From contig CAKQRB010000036.1 in assembly GCA_934271195.1 (NCBI GenBank), forward strand, positions 8,171 through 72,170: a stretch of 64,000 nt of DNA. Reading direction: 5' to 3'. The stretch comes from an uncultured Alphaproteobacteria bacterium. Lineage in GTDB: Bacteria; Pseudomonadota; Alphaproteobacteria; RF32; CAG-239. This document shows positions 29,555 to 40,200 of the stretch, piece after piece (the first letter of the stretch is position 1; each line of letters opens with the position of its first letter). The position numbers and the translations under genes were made by a program. Below the pieces are notes generated by a model that was not told the DNA's origin, made no database searches, and worked only from the letters and a program-made list of their open reading frames with translations.

Positions 29555-29635
29555 AATTTTCTCCTCATAATAATGTTAAATTATATAGAAAATATATAAC
29601 ACAAAAAAACGTTTCAACAAGCCCTATTTGCAGGT

Positions 29636-32600
29636 TTATTTTTTACGGATGACACCGCTGGCTTTTGTAATTGCACCACTGGATTTTTTCAAAAAACCAC
29701 TTTCTTGTTTTTGAGGAATATCTTCAGTTTTGCGGTCTTCTCGCACCACTACATTTTGCATTTTTTTCTTAGCAGAAAAATCCAAAATTTTAATATGCTC
29801 TTTTTCTTTCAACGCCTCTGCTTTTTCAATATCCTCAATATCCCGAACGACTGTTCGCGTAAGCTTCTTGCCGTCTTCTTTAACAGAAATTTTGCCAATA
29901 TTCTCAGCAACTTTCCGCTTAATTTCAGCTTCGCGTTTTGCCTTGTTAAAGCTCTCCTCCGCCCCGCCGACTTCATTTTCGGTATACTTCATATAAGCAT
30001 TGATACTATGCATAAGCTTCGTCAAATCACTTTCCATTTGCGCAATGGTATTTGCCATATTCTGCAAATACTCGCTAAGCTTTGCCGGATCATCTGTCGC
30101 CTTCATCTTCAGATACTCCTGAGAAACCTGCTCATGACTTTCCACTACCATAACCAGCAGGTCATTCACCTCTTTTTGAAAAGCCGCAGCCTTTTCGTCT
30201 TTTTCCAGATTATATCCCGTAGTAATCCGGCTCAGCCTTTTGGTCAGTTCGGCATCTTTATCCCGAAAAAACTGCCCGTTATTTTGCGCCTGCTGCTGCA
30301 TCTCGGTCGCTTGGTCATAATACAGCCCGATCTGATACTTTAAATCCTCAACATGATACTGCAAGACACGCGTCCGAAAATCGTTCAGTTTGCCAATCAC
30401 GGCCTCAAGTTTTGTCTTGGACTGATTAATAACGCTTTCATCATACTTCGGTGTCAGCGCCAAAGTCGAAACCTCGGCCATTGCTTTTTTAATATCCTCG
30501 CTTACCGCCTTCATATTTTTATAATTTTCTATAACTTCCGGCTTTTTGGCCTGCTTGGAAAAATTATCATAATCCCGACTGATTTTATAATAATTGCCTT
30601 CAAACAATTTCAGTACATTCTGCTGTTGCTGCATTTTTTCTTTCAATGCTTCCATAACGGCTTGTTCTTTGGCGCGCCGCGCTGCGGCAATTTTGTTCTG
30701 TTCTGCATCATACAAATCTGTCAGCGGTTTCAAATTCAGTTCCAAAACCGGATCGCTCAACGAACCAACCCAGGAAAAACCAAAGACCGGCAAATCAGAC
30801 GGTTCGGCAATCTTAATAGCAAATTTTGAAACTCCTTCCCAATCTGACAAATTTCCAGAAGTATTAAGCCTGATAGAAAAATCAGTTCCGGCAAAATTAA
30901 TGTCTTTGCTCTCAAAATTACCGTTCTTAAAATAAAGCGTTCCGCTGACTTTCTTAAAAGGAGTCGTCCCGCTCTCCAAATTCTGCTTGACCAGGACGGC
31001 CAATCCTTCCGACAATTTCCGCAATTTCAAATCTTTGATAATCTGAGCAATCCGCCAACCGCGAAAATGCGTATTGACAATTTCAAAACTGGCATCGCCG
31101 TTCAAACCGGACAACATTGCAGCAGCCGATTCCGCCGGTGCGTCAACCACAAATTTTCCGCTGATAAGCCCGTCTTCAAAACCATATTTCTGCCCAACAC
31201 TGTCAACATTTTCCAAAGCCAGATCCCGCACGGTAAAATCTGCGGCAATGGTCGGCGACGTAGCCGTTGCAAGCTTAATTCCGCCTGAAATTCCGGCATT
31301 TCTATAAGTCGTTTGAATTTGTTCAAAATTCAAATTGCCCATATCAAAAACCACCTTGCCCTGCAGATTGTCAAAATTATTTTTGCGATAAATAAACTTG
31401 CCGATATCAAGCGCCATATTCAAATCAAAACGATTATAAAACTCATAATCTATTTTTGCCGTGCTCGGCTGAGGCCTTGCCCACAATACCGCCTTGAAAT
31501 TGCCGGTTTTCAAAAAGGCCTGCTGCTGCCCGCCTGCCGGCTTAACGTTACTGCCATAAAAATAGCGCTCAAATTCCAGCTGATTAATCTTCAGGCTGCC
31601 GCTGATTTTCGGCCGTCCCTGAGAATTGTCATAAGAAAGATTCCCCGTAAAAACATCTTGTCCGACTGCAGCCTTTCCGGCGCTGATGTTCAAATTGTTT
31701 TTTCCCGCCTCTATCTGGCTCTCCAGAGAAAAAACACCCAGAGAATATACGTTCGGTTTATAATTGACACCCCAGTCGTTAAGCATCTGCACAAAATCAG
31801 GATTCTTCAGATTAACCTGCCCGCTAAACAGCTTTTGTTCGTCATTTCTGTTAACCGTACCATTAACAGATCCTTCGGTCTTTTCCAATTTAAGACTGCT
31901 TTGCAGCGCAAACTGCTCCAGATTCCCGTCAAGAGTGCCTTTGACAGAAAAATTTTTCATAATCTCCGGATTAAGTCTGGAAACGGTCAATTCCAGTTTA
32001 TTCAGCGGAGAAGCCAGATTCTGAGTGGAAAAATCAAAATTAATCCCGTCAAAAACCAATGTCTGACCGCCAAAACCACTGAATTTCCCGTTCAAACTCA
32101 GCTTTGAATTCAGCATGCTGCCGATATCAAAGCTGCTCACATTTAAAACGCCGCCTATCAGATCGCCGTTAAACTGTACGGCCTCAAACGGCACACCGCC
32201 GTAAATCAGCAAACCGGCTTTGCTCATAAACCTGATTTCATAATCATTATAAGCCGCCAGTTTGTCCATAAAATACTTCAGTTTTTTATCCGGCGCGGCA
32301 GTAGCCTGCTCTGTCGGCAGTGGCGCCAGATAATTATCCAGACTGACGCTGTCAGCCTCCAGAATTACAAAAATCTGTTTTTGACCGCCTTTTAACGCGC
32401 CGCCTAAACTGCCTTTAATTACGCTGTTGTCAAAAGAAACTTCCAGCGGCGAAATTTTGACCTGTGAACCGTTGCCTGCAATATTGGCCTGAGCCGAGAA
32501 TTTCTTATACGTCGATGCCGCCTTGACCTCCGGCTTAAAACCGAGCCAGTCTAATGTCATATCCAGATTTTCCGTCGCCGTATTAACATCCAAACGATAA

Positions 32601-33868
32601 GTCAAAATCTTTTCCTTATCCGGAAAAATCTCTCCTTTTGTATACAGGGTTGTCTCCCCCGGTAAAATCATATTAAAACGGTTGATATGAACTTTTTCAG
32701 GAACAATATCAAAGCTCAAATCCAGATTTTTGATATTTTGCTGCCGATATTTCCCTTTAACGGCTTTAATATCGCCAATCACATCCCAGTCAAAGTCAGG
32801 CTCAAATTTCTCACCCTTAAAATACTTTCCGCCGTATTCCCGCGCAAAAGCTTCGGCCAAATCCAAATCAACATCCGTCATGTTGAAAGCCATTTCAATC
32901 TTCAGGCGTTCTTCTTTATCTTTCTGTGCCCAGTCAGTCACCTCCACTGGCCGCGGAATAATAATATTTCCTGCCGCCGCCGTCTGTCCGTATTTCATAA
33001 CCAGATCGCTCAACTCCAGTTTGGTCTTGTCAATTGTAATCGCCGTCGAAACCGACAGCGGCAAATCATATTTCTTATCCAGTTTAAAATCTTTGCTGTT
33101 GGCATTAAGATACTCCGCCAACTTTTGCGTATCAAAAATCAAACTGCCTTTCAGGCTCTCGTTTTTGAATAAGACAGACCCGTCAAAACGATAAATTGTT
33201 CCGAGTTGCGGATTATTAAACACAAAATTCAGCGTTGTGTTAAAATCGTCAGACAAACGCCCCATTTCAAGAGAAAACCCCTCCGGCATATTATTCTTGA
33301 CAAAGCTGCCGTCAATTTTATAGGGTCCGAACAATGTCTGGGCAATCACCTCGGCATTCAGGTCCGTAAACTTCCAGTCAATATCCCTGAGTTTATCAAC
33401 ATAATCAATCTCGGCGTTTTCCAGTGTCACGCTTTCCAAAGTCACCGGCATATCCTGCAAATCCTGCTTTTGCTGCGACGTAAGGTCGGATTTCCAGTTT
33501 TTTGTGCCGTCTTCAAAAACCTCAATCCGTAAAACCGGATTCGTAACTGACATTCGCGTTACCTTAAACTCTCCTTTAATAAACGGAAATAAATCAAGGC
33601 GTGCCGACATCTTGGCCGCGCTCGCCAACGGCTTCGTAATTTTTTTGTCCTGACTGAAAACCTTAATATCCTCAACCAGCAGCTTTGGAGACGGAAAAAT
33701 AGACAGCGACAACGGCCCGTTAATCACCACATTTTTTCCGGTTTTCTGAGATATTTCGGCCGCAATACGATTTTTGTGCTCGTTCCAGTCAATTGAGGTA
33801 ATATAAAAAAAACCTCCGGCAATCACCAGCAGCAAAACACCTGCACCGATCAGCCACCATTTTCTCAC
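29636..33868 (-). CDS. AsmA-family envelope protein with a long C-terminal coiled-coil extension (1410 aa)
   Basis: The N-terminal anchor and AsmA-like start read WWLIGAGVLLLVIAGGFFY ... INGPLSLSIFPSPKLLVEDIKV. A beta-rich body runs to about residue 1010. The last ~400 aa are Lys/Glu/Gln-rich and helical. Confidence 0.8.
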   Translation of the reverse strand: MRKWWLIGAGVLLLVIAGGFFYITSIDWNEHKNRIAAEISQKTGKNVVINGPLSLSIFPSPKLLVEDIKVFSQDKKITKPLASAAKMSARLDLFPFIKGEFKVTRMSVTNPVLRIEVFEDGTKNWKSDLTSQQKQDLQDMPVTLESVTLENAEIDYVDKLRDIDWKFTDLNAEVIAQTLFGPYKIDGSFVKNNMPEGFSLEMGRLSDDFNTTLNFVFNNPQLGTIYRFDGSVLFKNESLKGSLIFDTQKLAEYLNANSKDFKLDKKYDLPLSVSTAITIDKTKLELSDLVMKYGQTAAAGNIIIPRPVEVTDWAQKDKEERLKIEMAFNMTDVDLDLAEAFAREYGGKYFKGEKFEPDFDWDVIGDIKAVKGKYRQQNIKNLDLSFDIVPEKVHINRFNMILPGETTLYTKGEIFPDKEKILTYRLDVNTATENLDMTLDWLGFKPEVKAASTYKKFSAQANIAGNGSQVKISPLEVSFDNSVIKGSLGGALKGGQKQIFVILEADSVSLDNYLAPLPTEQATAAPDKKLKYFMDKLAAYNDYEIRFMSKAGLLIYGGVPFEAVQFNGDLIGGVLNVSSFDIGSMLNSKLSLNGKFSGFGGQTLVFDGINFDFSTQNLASPLNKLELTVSRLNPEIMKNFSVKGTLDGNLEQFALQSSLKLEKTEGSVNGTVNRNDEQKLFSGQVNLKNPDFVQMLNDWGVNYKPNVYSLGVFSLESQIEAGKNNLNISAGKAAVGQDVFTGNLSYDNSQGRPKISGSLKINQLEFERYFYGSNVKPAGGQQQAFLKTGNFKAVLWARPQPSTAKIDYEFYNRFDLNMALDIGKFIYRKNNFDNLQGKVVFDMGNLNFEQIQTTYRNAGISGGIKLATATSPTIAADFTVRDLALENVDSVGQKYGFEDGLISGKFVVDAPAESAAAMLSGLNGDASFEIVNTHFRGWRIAQIIKDLKLRKLSEGLAVLVKQNLESGTTPFKKVSGTLYFKNGNFESKDINFAGTDFSIRLNTSGNLSDWEGVSKFAIKIAEPSDLPVFGFSWVGSLSDPVLELNLKPLTDLYDAEQNKIAAARRAKEQAVMEALKEKMQQQQNVLKLFEGNYYKISRDYDNFSKQAKKPEVIENYKNMKAVSEDIKKAMAEVSTLALTPKYDESVINQSKTKLEAVIGKLNDFRTRVLQYHVEDLKYQIGLYYDQATEMQQQAQNNGQFFRDKDAELTKRLSRITTGYNLEKDEKAAAFQKEVNDLLVMVVESHEQVSQEYLKMKATDDPAKLSEYLQNMANTIAQMESDLTKLMHSINAYMKYTENEVGGAEESFNKAKREAEIKRKVAENIGKISVKEDGKKLTRTVVRDIEDIEKAEALKEKEHIKILDFSAKKKMQNVVVREDRKTEDIPQKQESGFLKKSSGAITKASGVIRKK

Positions 33869-33971
33869 GTCCGTTTTCTCCTTTTAAAGCGTAAAAATCT
33901 TTCTGATAAGACAATTTTAATTATCTTATTCTAACATGCAAGTATTAATAAAACTTTTAAGGCCGAGTAAG

Positions 33972-34373
33972 ATGACACAAACAGAAAAACTCTTTGCCGC
34001 GGCATGCAATATCCGACGGCGCGCTTATGCCCCCTATTCAAACTTTGACGTCGGCGCCGCCGTCCTCGGCAGGAATGGCAAAATTTATGCCGGCGCCAAT
34101 GTTGAAAACATCTCCTATCCCTGCGGCACCTGCGCCGAACAGGCCGCCATTGCCCAAATGATTGGGGACGGTTGCCGCGAGATTGCCGAAATTCTGATTA
34201 TTGCCGACACCGCCGAACCGATAACGCCCTGCGGTGCCTGCCTGCAACGCATAAAAGAATTTGCCAGACCGCAAACCGTTGTTCACCTGGCTAACCTGAA
34301 CGGCATTGTCAGCAGCTTGAATTTTAATGATTTTTTGCCTCTGGCCTTTAACAATAAGGAAGTAAAAAAATGA
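33972..34373 (+). CDS. cdd: Cytidine deaminase
   Basis: I place the start at MTQTEK. The zinc ligand motifs CAEQAAI and PCGACLQ are present. The size fits a homotetrameric-type enzyme. Confidence 0.9.
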   Translation: MTQTEKLFAAACNIRRRAYAPYSNFDVGAAVLGRNGKIYAGANVENISYPCGTCAEQAAIAQMIGDGCREIAEILIIADTAEPITPCGACLQRIKEFARPQTVVHLANLNGIVSSLNFNDFLPLAFNNKEVKK

Positions 34374-35179
34374 TAAAAAACATTGCCGGCCAAATCCGCC
34401 AAAAAATTTTAGGTCACAACCCGCAAACAGCCATTATTCTCGGCAGCGGGCTGGGCAGTCTCGGTGACGCCGTCTGCAATCCGGTTTACGTTGAATACAA
34501 AGACATTGTCGGCTTTCCGCAAAGTACCGTCAGCGGCCATCAGGGACGTCTGATTGCCGGCACCTTGGAAGGTACGGAAGTTTTATGCCTGCAGGGACGT
34601 TTTCACTTATATGAGGGACATCGGCCGCAGGTCATCAATACCGTTATCAAAACATTGCAAGAAATCGGTATCAGACGCCTGATTGTCACCAATGCTGCCG
34701 GTTCGCTGACACCTGATTTTCAACCCGGAACAATTATGCTGATAAAAGACCACATCAATCTGAGCGGAACCAATCCGCTGATCGGACCGAACGATGACAC
34801 TTACGGTCCGCGTTTTCCCGACATGAGCAATGCCTATACCGCCGCGCTGCGCACTAAAATGAAGCAAATCGCCCAAGAACAAAAAATCCCGTTAGCCGAA
34901 GGCGTATATATGATGGTAACCGGCCCCAATTTTGAAACCGCCGCCGAAATCCGCGCCTTTCGTATTCTCGGTGCCGATGCGATTGGCATGTCGACTGTAC
35001 CGGAAGTTATCTGTGCTGTCCACTCCGGCATGGAAATTCTGGGCTTGTCCGTCTTAACCAATATGGGTACCGGATTGCGGATCGGCAGCCAGAGTCATAC
35101 CGAAACGCTGGCTCAGGGAGAAAAGGCTTCCGCTGACCTGCAAAAACTGGTCAAAGCTTTTTTAAGACAGGAGAAATAA
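34370..35179 (+). CDS. punA: Purine nucleoside phosphorylase (trimeric PNP family)
   Basis: The 269-aa ORF contains GSGLG, HQGRLIAG, GRFHLYEG and MSTVPEV motifs. It overlaps cdd as ATGA. Confidence 0.9.
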   Translation: MIKNIAGQIRQKILGHNPQTAIILGSGLGSLGDAVCNPVYVEYKDIVGFPQSTVSGHQGRLIAGTLEGTEVLCLQGRFHLYEGHRPQVINTVIKTLQEIGIRRLIVTNAAGSLTPDFQPGTIMLIKDHINLSGTNPLIGPNDDTYGPRFPDMSNAYTAALRTKMKQIAQEQKIPLAEGVYMMVTGPNFETAAEIRAFRILGADAIGMSTVPEVICAVHSGMEILGLSVLTNMGTGLRIGSQSHTETLAQGEKASADLQKLVKAFLRQEK

Positions 35180-35180
35180 T

Positions 35181-35918
35181 ATGGATGACATAACCGCCGC
35201 CGAAACGTTAATCCAATGTCTGGATCTGACCTCGCTCAACAACACGGATACCTCAGAAAACATTATTGACCTTTGCCGCAAAGCCCAAACGCCTTACGGC
35301 AACGTCGCCGCTGTCTGTGTTTATCCGCAGTTTGTCGGCACCGCCAAAGAACACCTGCGCCACACCAATATCAGAGTTGCAACCGTCATCAATTTTCCCG
35401 ACGGCAGCCTTGAGCTGGAAAGAACCAGAAGTGCCATAACCACCGCCGTTGTCAAAGGCGCCGATGAGATTGACCTCGTCTTTCCGTATAAACAATTCTT
35501 GGAAGGCCAAAAAAATGAATGCGGCCTTTTTATTAAACATGTCAAAGAACATCTCGGCAAAAAAATCCTTCTCAAAGTGATTCTTGAAACCGGCGAACTG
35601 ATACACGCCGCCACCATCGCAGAAGCCACAAAATTGTGCATTCAAAACGGGGCGGATTTCATCAAAACCTCTACCGGCAAGACTAAAGTTTCTGCCACGC
35701 CGGAAGCCGCCAACATCATCTTGGAAACCATTGCTTCCGGCCGCAAAAATGCCGGTTTCAAAGCCAGCGGCGGCATAAAAACCATTGACGATGCAAAAAA
35801 ATATCTGGTTCTGGCTGTTGCTGTTATGGGCGGGAAATGGGTCACGCCCAAAAATTTTCGTATCGGCGCCAGTTCTCTGCTGGATAATCTGATAGAAGTC
35901 ATTAATCGGGGATATTAA
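35181..35918 (+). CDS. deoC: Deoxyribose-phosphate aldolase
   Basis: The 245-aa ORF has the Schiff-base lysine context FIKTSTGK and the KVILETGEL motif. Confidence 0.9.
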   Translation: MDDITAAETLIQCLDLTSLNNTDTSENIIDLCRKAQTPYGNVAAVCVYPQFVGTAKEHLRHTNIRVATVINFPDGSLELERTRSAITTAVVKGADEIDLVFPYKQFLEGQKNECGLFIKHVKEHLGKKILLKVILETGELIHAATIAEATKLCIQNGADFIKTSTGKTKVSATPEAANIILETIASGRKNAGFKASGGIKTIDDAKKYLVLAVAVMGGKWVTPKNFRIGASSLLDNLIEVINRGY

Positions 35919-35919
35919 A

Positions 35920-37227
35920 ATGCTGCCACAAGAAATCATTCGCAAAAAACGCAACCGCCAAACTTTAACACCGGAAGAAATCAGTTTTTTCATCAAAGGC
36001 GTCACATCTGGAGAAATTGCCGATTGCCAAACTGCGGCATTAACCATGGCCATATTTCTCAATGGTCTTTCTAAAGAAGAAATCACGTTATTAACGTTAA
36101 ATATGCGCGATTCCGGCAATGTCTTAAGCTGGGATTTAAACGGTCCGGTCGTGGACAAACATTCTTCCGGCGGTGTCGGAGATAAAGTCAGCCTGATGCT
36201 GGCGCCGCTGATTGCGGCTTGCGGCGGTTATGTTCCGATGATCTCCGGCCGCGGCCTCGGCCATACCGGCGGCACACTCGACAAATTCGATTCCATTCCG
36301 GGATATAAGACCATTCCCGACAATGATCTGTTCAAAAAAACTGTCAGAAGAGTCGGCTGTGCCATAATCGGACAGACCGGTAATCTGGCACCGGCTGATA
36401 AAAAAATATACGCTATTCGCGACGTCTGCGGCACGGTTGAATCCATTCCTCTGATTACCGCCTCGATTCTTTCCAAAAAACTTGCCGCCGGACTGGAATA
36501 TCTGGTCATGGATTTAAAATGCGGCAACGGGGCTTTCATGCCCTCGCTTGAAGACGGCAGAAATCTAGCGCGTTCTATTGTTGATGTCGCCAACCATGCC
36601 GGCACCAAAACTTCTGCCCTGCTGACGGATATGAACCAAGTTCTCGGCCACACCGTCGGCAATGCTTTGGAAATGGCCGAAGCCATAGAATACCTGCAAG
36701 GCAAAAACATTGATTCGCGGCTGCACCAAATAACCATGGACCTATGCGCCGAACTTCTGACAAATGCCGGACTGACTGTCAGTACGGAAGAAGCCCGCGC
36801 CAAACTGGAAAAAGCCATCTCTTCAGGCAAAGCCTTGGAAATATTCGCCCGCATGGTCACGGCATTGGGCGGACCGGCAGATTTTGTAGAAAAGTATCAA
36901 ACCTATCTGCCGCAAGCGGCAATTATAAGGCCGGTATTTTCTCCGGTATCAGGATATATCCGCAGCATGAACACCCGCAATATCGGCTTGAGCATTATTG
37001 AATTAAAAGGCGGACGCGCTCATCCTGATCAAAAACTGGATTATGCCACCGGTTTCAGCGCCTTTTGCCAAATCGGAGATTATATCGATGCTCAAAAGCC
37101 GCTAGCCTTCATCCATGCTCAAACTGAAGATCAGTTCAACCATGCACGGCAAGAATTGCTGAACAATATCCAAATCGGAGAAAATGCACCGGCAATAACC
37201 GATCCGGTCATTGAAAAAATATCTTAA
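35920..37227 (+). CDS. deoA: Thymidine phosphorylase
   Basis: The 435-aa ORF contains DKHSSGGVGDK and SGRGLGHTGGTLDK motifs. Confidence 0.93.
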   Translation: MLPQEIIRKKRNRQTLTPEEISFFIKGVTSGEIADCQTAALTMAIFLNGLSKEEITLLTLNMRDSGNVLSWDLNGPVVDKHSSGGVGDKVSLMLAPLIAACGGYVPMISGRGLGHTGGTLDKFDSIPGYKTIPDNDLFKKTVRRVGCAIIGQTGNLAPADKKIYAIRDVCGTVESIPLITASILSKKLAAGLEYLVMDLKCGNGAFMPSLEDGRNLARSIVDVANHAGTKTSALLTDMNQVLGHTVGNALEMAEAIEYLQGKNIDSRLHQITMDLCAELLTNAGLTVSTEEARAKLEKAISSGKALEIFARMVTALGGPADFVEKYQTYLPQAAIIRPVFSPVSGYIRSMNTRNIGLSIIELKGGRAHPDQKLDYATGFSAFCQIGDYIDAQKPLAFIHAQTEDQFNHARQELLNNIQIGENAPAITDPVIEKIS

Positions 37228-37231
37228 CCAT

Positions 37232-37267
37232 AAAAAAAAACCGGAGATTAAAACTCCGGTTTTTTTA
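37232..37267. terminator. Bidirectional intrinsic terminator between deoA and the 1110-aa gene
   Basis: A 9-A run is followed by the stem CCGGAG / CTCCGG (37241-46 / 37254-59) and then an 8-T run. Confidence 0.75.
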
Positions 37268-37277
37268 TGCCACTGTC

Positions 37278-40200
37278 TTAAGCACTATACCCGCCCCCTC
37301 GCGGATCAATATCTCTATTAGGCAATGGTGGTGTCTTAAGAGTATTCTGTGCCATGTTCGGTTCATTAGACACTGATTTTGCCGCCGTGGCTTCTTCCAC
37401 GCTTTTACCCTGTCTGAGCGCTTCCAACTTTTCAGCCCTTGAAAGTTCCTGCGGCTGCTGTTCCGCGGCCTTGTCCCCATGAACCATCGTTTGCAGCTCT
37501 TCATTCAGCTTCTCAACATCGGGTTTGCCGGCAGCCGGCTGAGTTTCTGCCACAGATTGCTCGGCTGTATGCGCATCTTGCGGATTTCCGAAAGTTTTTT
37601 CAGCCTCCTGAGCAAACAGCTGAGCATCTTGCTCTCCCCTTATCTGCGCATCGGCCAACATCACATCACTGTATTGTTCACTCGATAAATTCTTCTCAAG
37701 AAAAGCTAGTTCCCTGTCGCTGAAATGACCGGCTTCCTGACCAATCCGCACGGCAATGGCTTCATGAAGCTGCTCGCTTCCCAGCAGTCCGATTTCCTCG
37801 GCATTATGGGTCTGGATTTCCCCATTGTCACCCAGAGAAAACTCTACCGTCTTTCCGCTGACCGGATCCTGCACGCCGTATATTTTGTTTGCCTCTGCCT
37901 GAGCCTGCATTTGCTCGTTAACGCCGGCAATATCCGGTTGCTCGGTTTCGAGGCCGGCAATTGCACCGGCTTCCAGCGGCGTAGCAGTCAAATCCGGACG
38001 TTCAGTTTCCTGCTGAACAACAGACTCTTGCGACGGAGTTTCCTGCGCCTGAGGCTCCTGTACCGGAGCTTCCTGCTCAACCGCCGGTTTTTCAGGCTCA
38101 TTCGCCCAGCCCTCTCCGCCGTCACGGTCTATATAATCGGAAATGCCGTCATTATTCTTGTCCAACATCGGCGGCGTCTGCTGCTCGGTCGGCCGTTCAA
38201 TATAATCAGAAATACCGTTGTTATTTTCATCAACCATTGCCGGCGCTTCCGAAACCGTACTGTCAACCGTTGTCGTAGCTTCATGTGAAGTCTGTCCGGC
38301 AATCACGGCCCAAGCCGTACCGGCACCGGCAATACCGGCCGCCCCCATCGCTTTCCACACACTGCCTCCGGCTTTTCGTACTTCTCTGAAAGCTTTGATG
38401 GTTGAACCGACACCCAATGCAATCCCTGACGTTGCTTTAGCATTTGTCAAAGATTTTACAACCTCCGGCGCCAAATCAACTGCTGCCATACCGGCCGTGG
38501 CTGCACCGAGAGCTGTCATTGCCGCGCCGGCCAGAGCCATTTTATTGTTTTTTAAGAAAGACCAGAGCTTGAGCTTTTTGCCCTTTTTGGCCATTTCTTC
38601 TTTTTGTTTCTTATATTCCTTGCGCAGCTTCAAAGCCTGATTCGCCAAAGATGCCGTTGCCACAACCGCTACACCGGCCGGACCGAATGCGGCGCCGGCA
38701 GCATAATACGCTCCTGACCATGCCGCAGTCTTGGCCAAAGATTTAAGCATTGCATACTGCTTAGGCGCTGCATTTTTAGCTGTCTTGTCATCTAGATTCT
38801 TACCTTGTTCCCGTAATTTTGCAACACCAGCATTGCCTTTTCCGACCTTGCTCTCCAGACGGGCGGCAAAACCCTCGCGCGCTTCGCTCTGTGCCGCCAA
38901 ATACCCTAACAATGCCCCTTTTCCAACCTGAATCTTGTGACCTTTGGCATAATCATCAATAGCTTTGCTGCCGCCGGCAACCACGCTCTCGACACCTGCC
39001 AGTCTGCTGACTTCCGCCACAATATTCGCGGCAAATTCTTTATTAAATTCTGCCGGTTCAATCGGCCCCGGTTTGGTACCGGCCATGCTTTCCATCGTCT
39101 GCAGACGGATACTCTCCAGCAGCTGAGCCTTTAATTCGTCATTATCCTTGCTCTTAGCCTTGCCGGTCATCTTAACGCCGTCCGTAATCTCCAGATTGTC
39201 AAACAGCGCCATGGCATCAGCCATTTCCGGATGCTTCGGCTTCGGATTCGTCTGAGCCTCTTTCCGATTCTTGTCTAAAATACCCTTGGCTTTCTCATAC
39301 TTCTTGGCCGGAAACATTGACTCCGACAGGTGCGAAGCCTTCTCCAGCAGAAAATCCATGCTGCTCAGTTCATCGGCGGGGACTTCCTTGCCGACCTTTG
39401 TCAGCTTAGCGGCAATCGCCTTTTCCAACGCCTCAGCATCTGGCCCCATTGTGCCAAAAGCATTGGAAGCCGACAAAGACGCCAGCGTTTTCATATCAAA
39501 ATCTTTACCCTGTCGCAACTCGGCCATTGCTTTCTCAGCTTCGTCTTTCGACATCGGTTTGACCGGTTCTTCTTTATATTCCGCCTTGTCAAGAGCATCT
39601 TTGCCCATTTCGCTCATGGCGGCAATATTCTCCGAAACCCGCTCTGCGTCTTCCGAAGTCATCATCGCCAATCCATGCTCTTTATCATAAGTCTCGGTAA
39701 ACTCTTTCAGCTTTCCCTCACAGGCTTCGGCCAGTTCGGTAATTCGCGGCTCATCAAAAGTCCCGTTGACAACCTTGCGGGAGTCATACAGTTTACCCTC
39801 TACTTTGGTAAAAATTTCAAAAGCCTTGCCTGCACTTTCCCTACGGTTTGACATCGGAATGGCGTCAAGCAAAACCTGCGCTGCAGCCAAATCCTCTTTT
39901 TTGATAAAATCATTCTTGCCCATGGCGGCAATATCATTCAGCCTGCGCCCGACAGCCTCGTCAACGCGCTGCTTGTCAAAACCTTCCGGATTCTTGTCCA
40001 TTTCGACTTTTAGCGCTGCCAAATCATGCAGGCTCAGTTCGCTCAAATCTTTGTCTTTATCTTTAGAAATATTCTGCGCCGTCACCGTATGCATGCCGGT
40101 AATCGGTTCTTCCTGATAAGGCTCTTTTTCCGGCAGACGCTCTTTGGCAGCCCGCAACATGGCCTGCATACCGCCGGCCCATTCTATCGGCGTTTCAATC

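Noticed and set aside
35253-36158. 301-aa minus-strand ORF overlapping deoC and deoA. The same applies to 18647-19207 (uvrB), 31313-32107 (asmA-like), 41116-41997 and 42403-43059 (P2), 49820-50710 (rpoA), and 60015-60680, 62217-62888 and 62934-63584 (ribosomal genes).
   Set aside because: All are antisense shadow ORFs within genes whose sense-strand products are strongly conserved or form much longer coherent ORFs. None has a convincing RBS or recognisable motifs.
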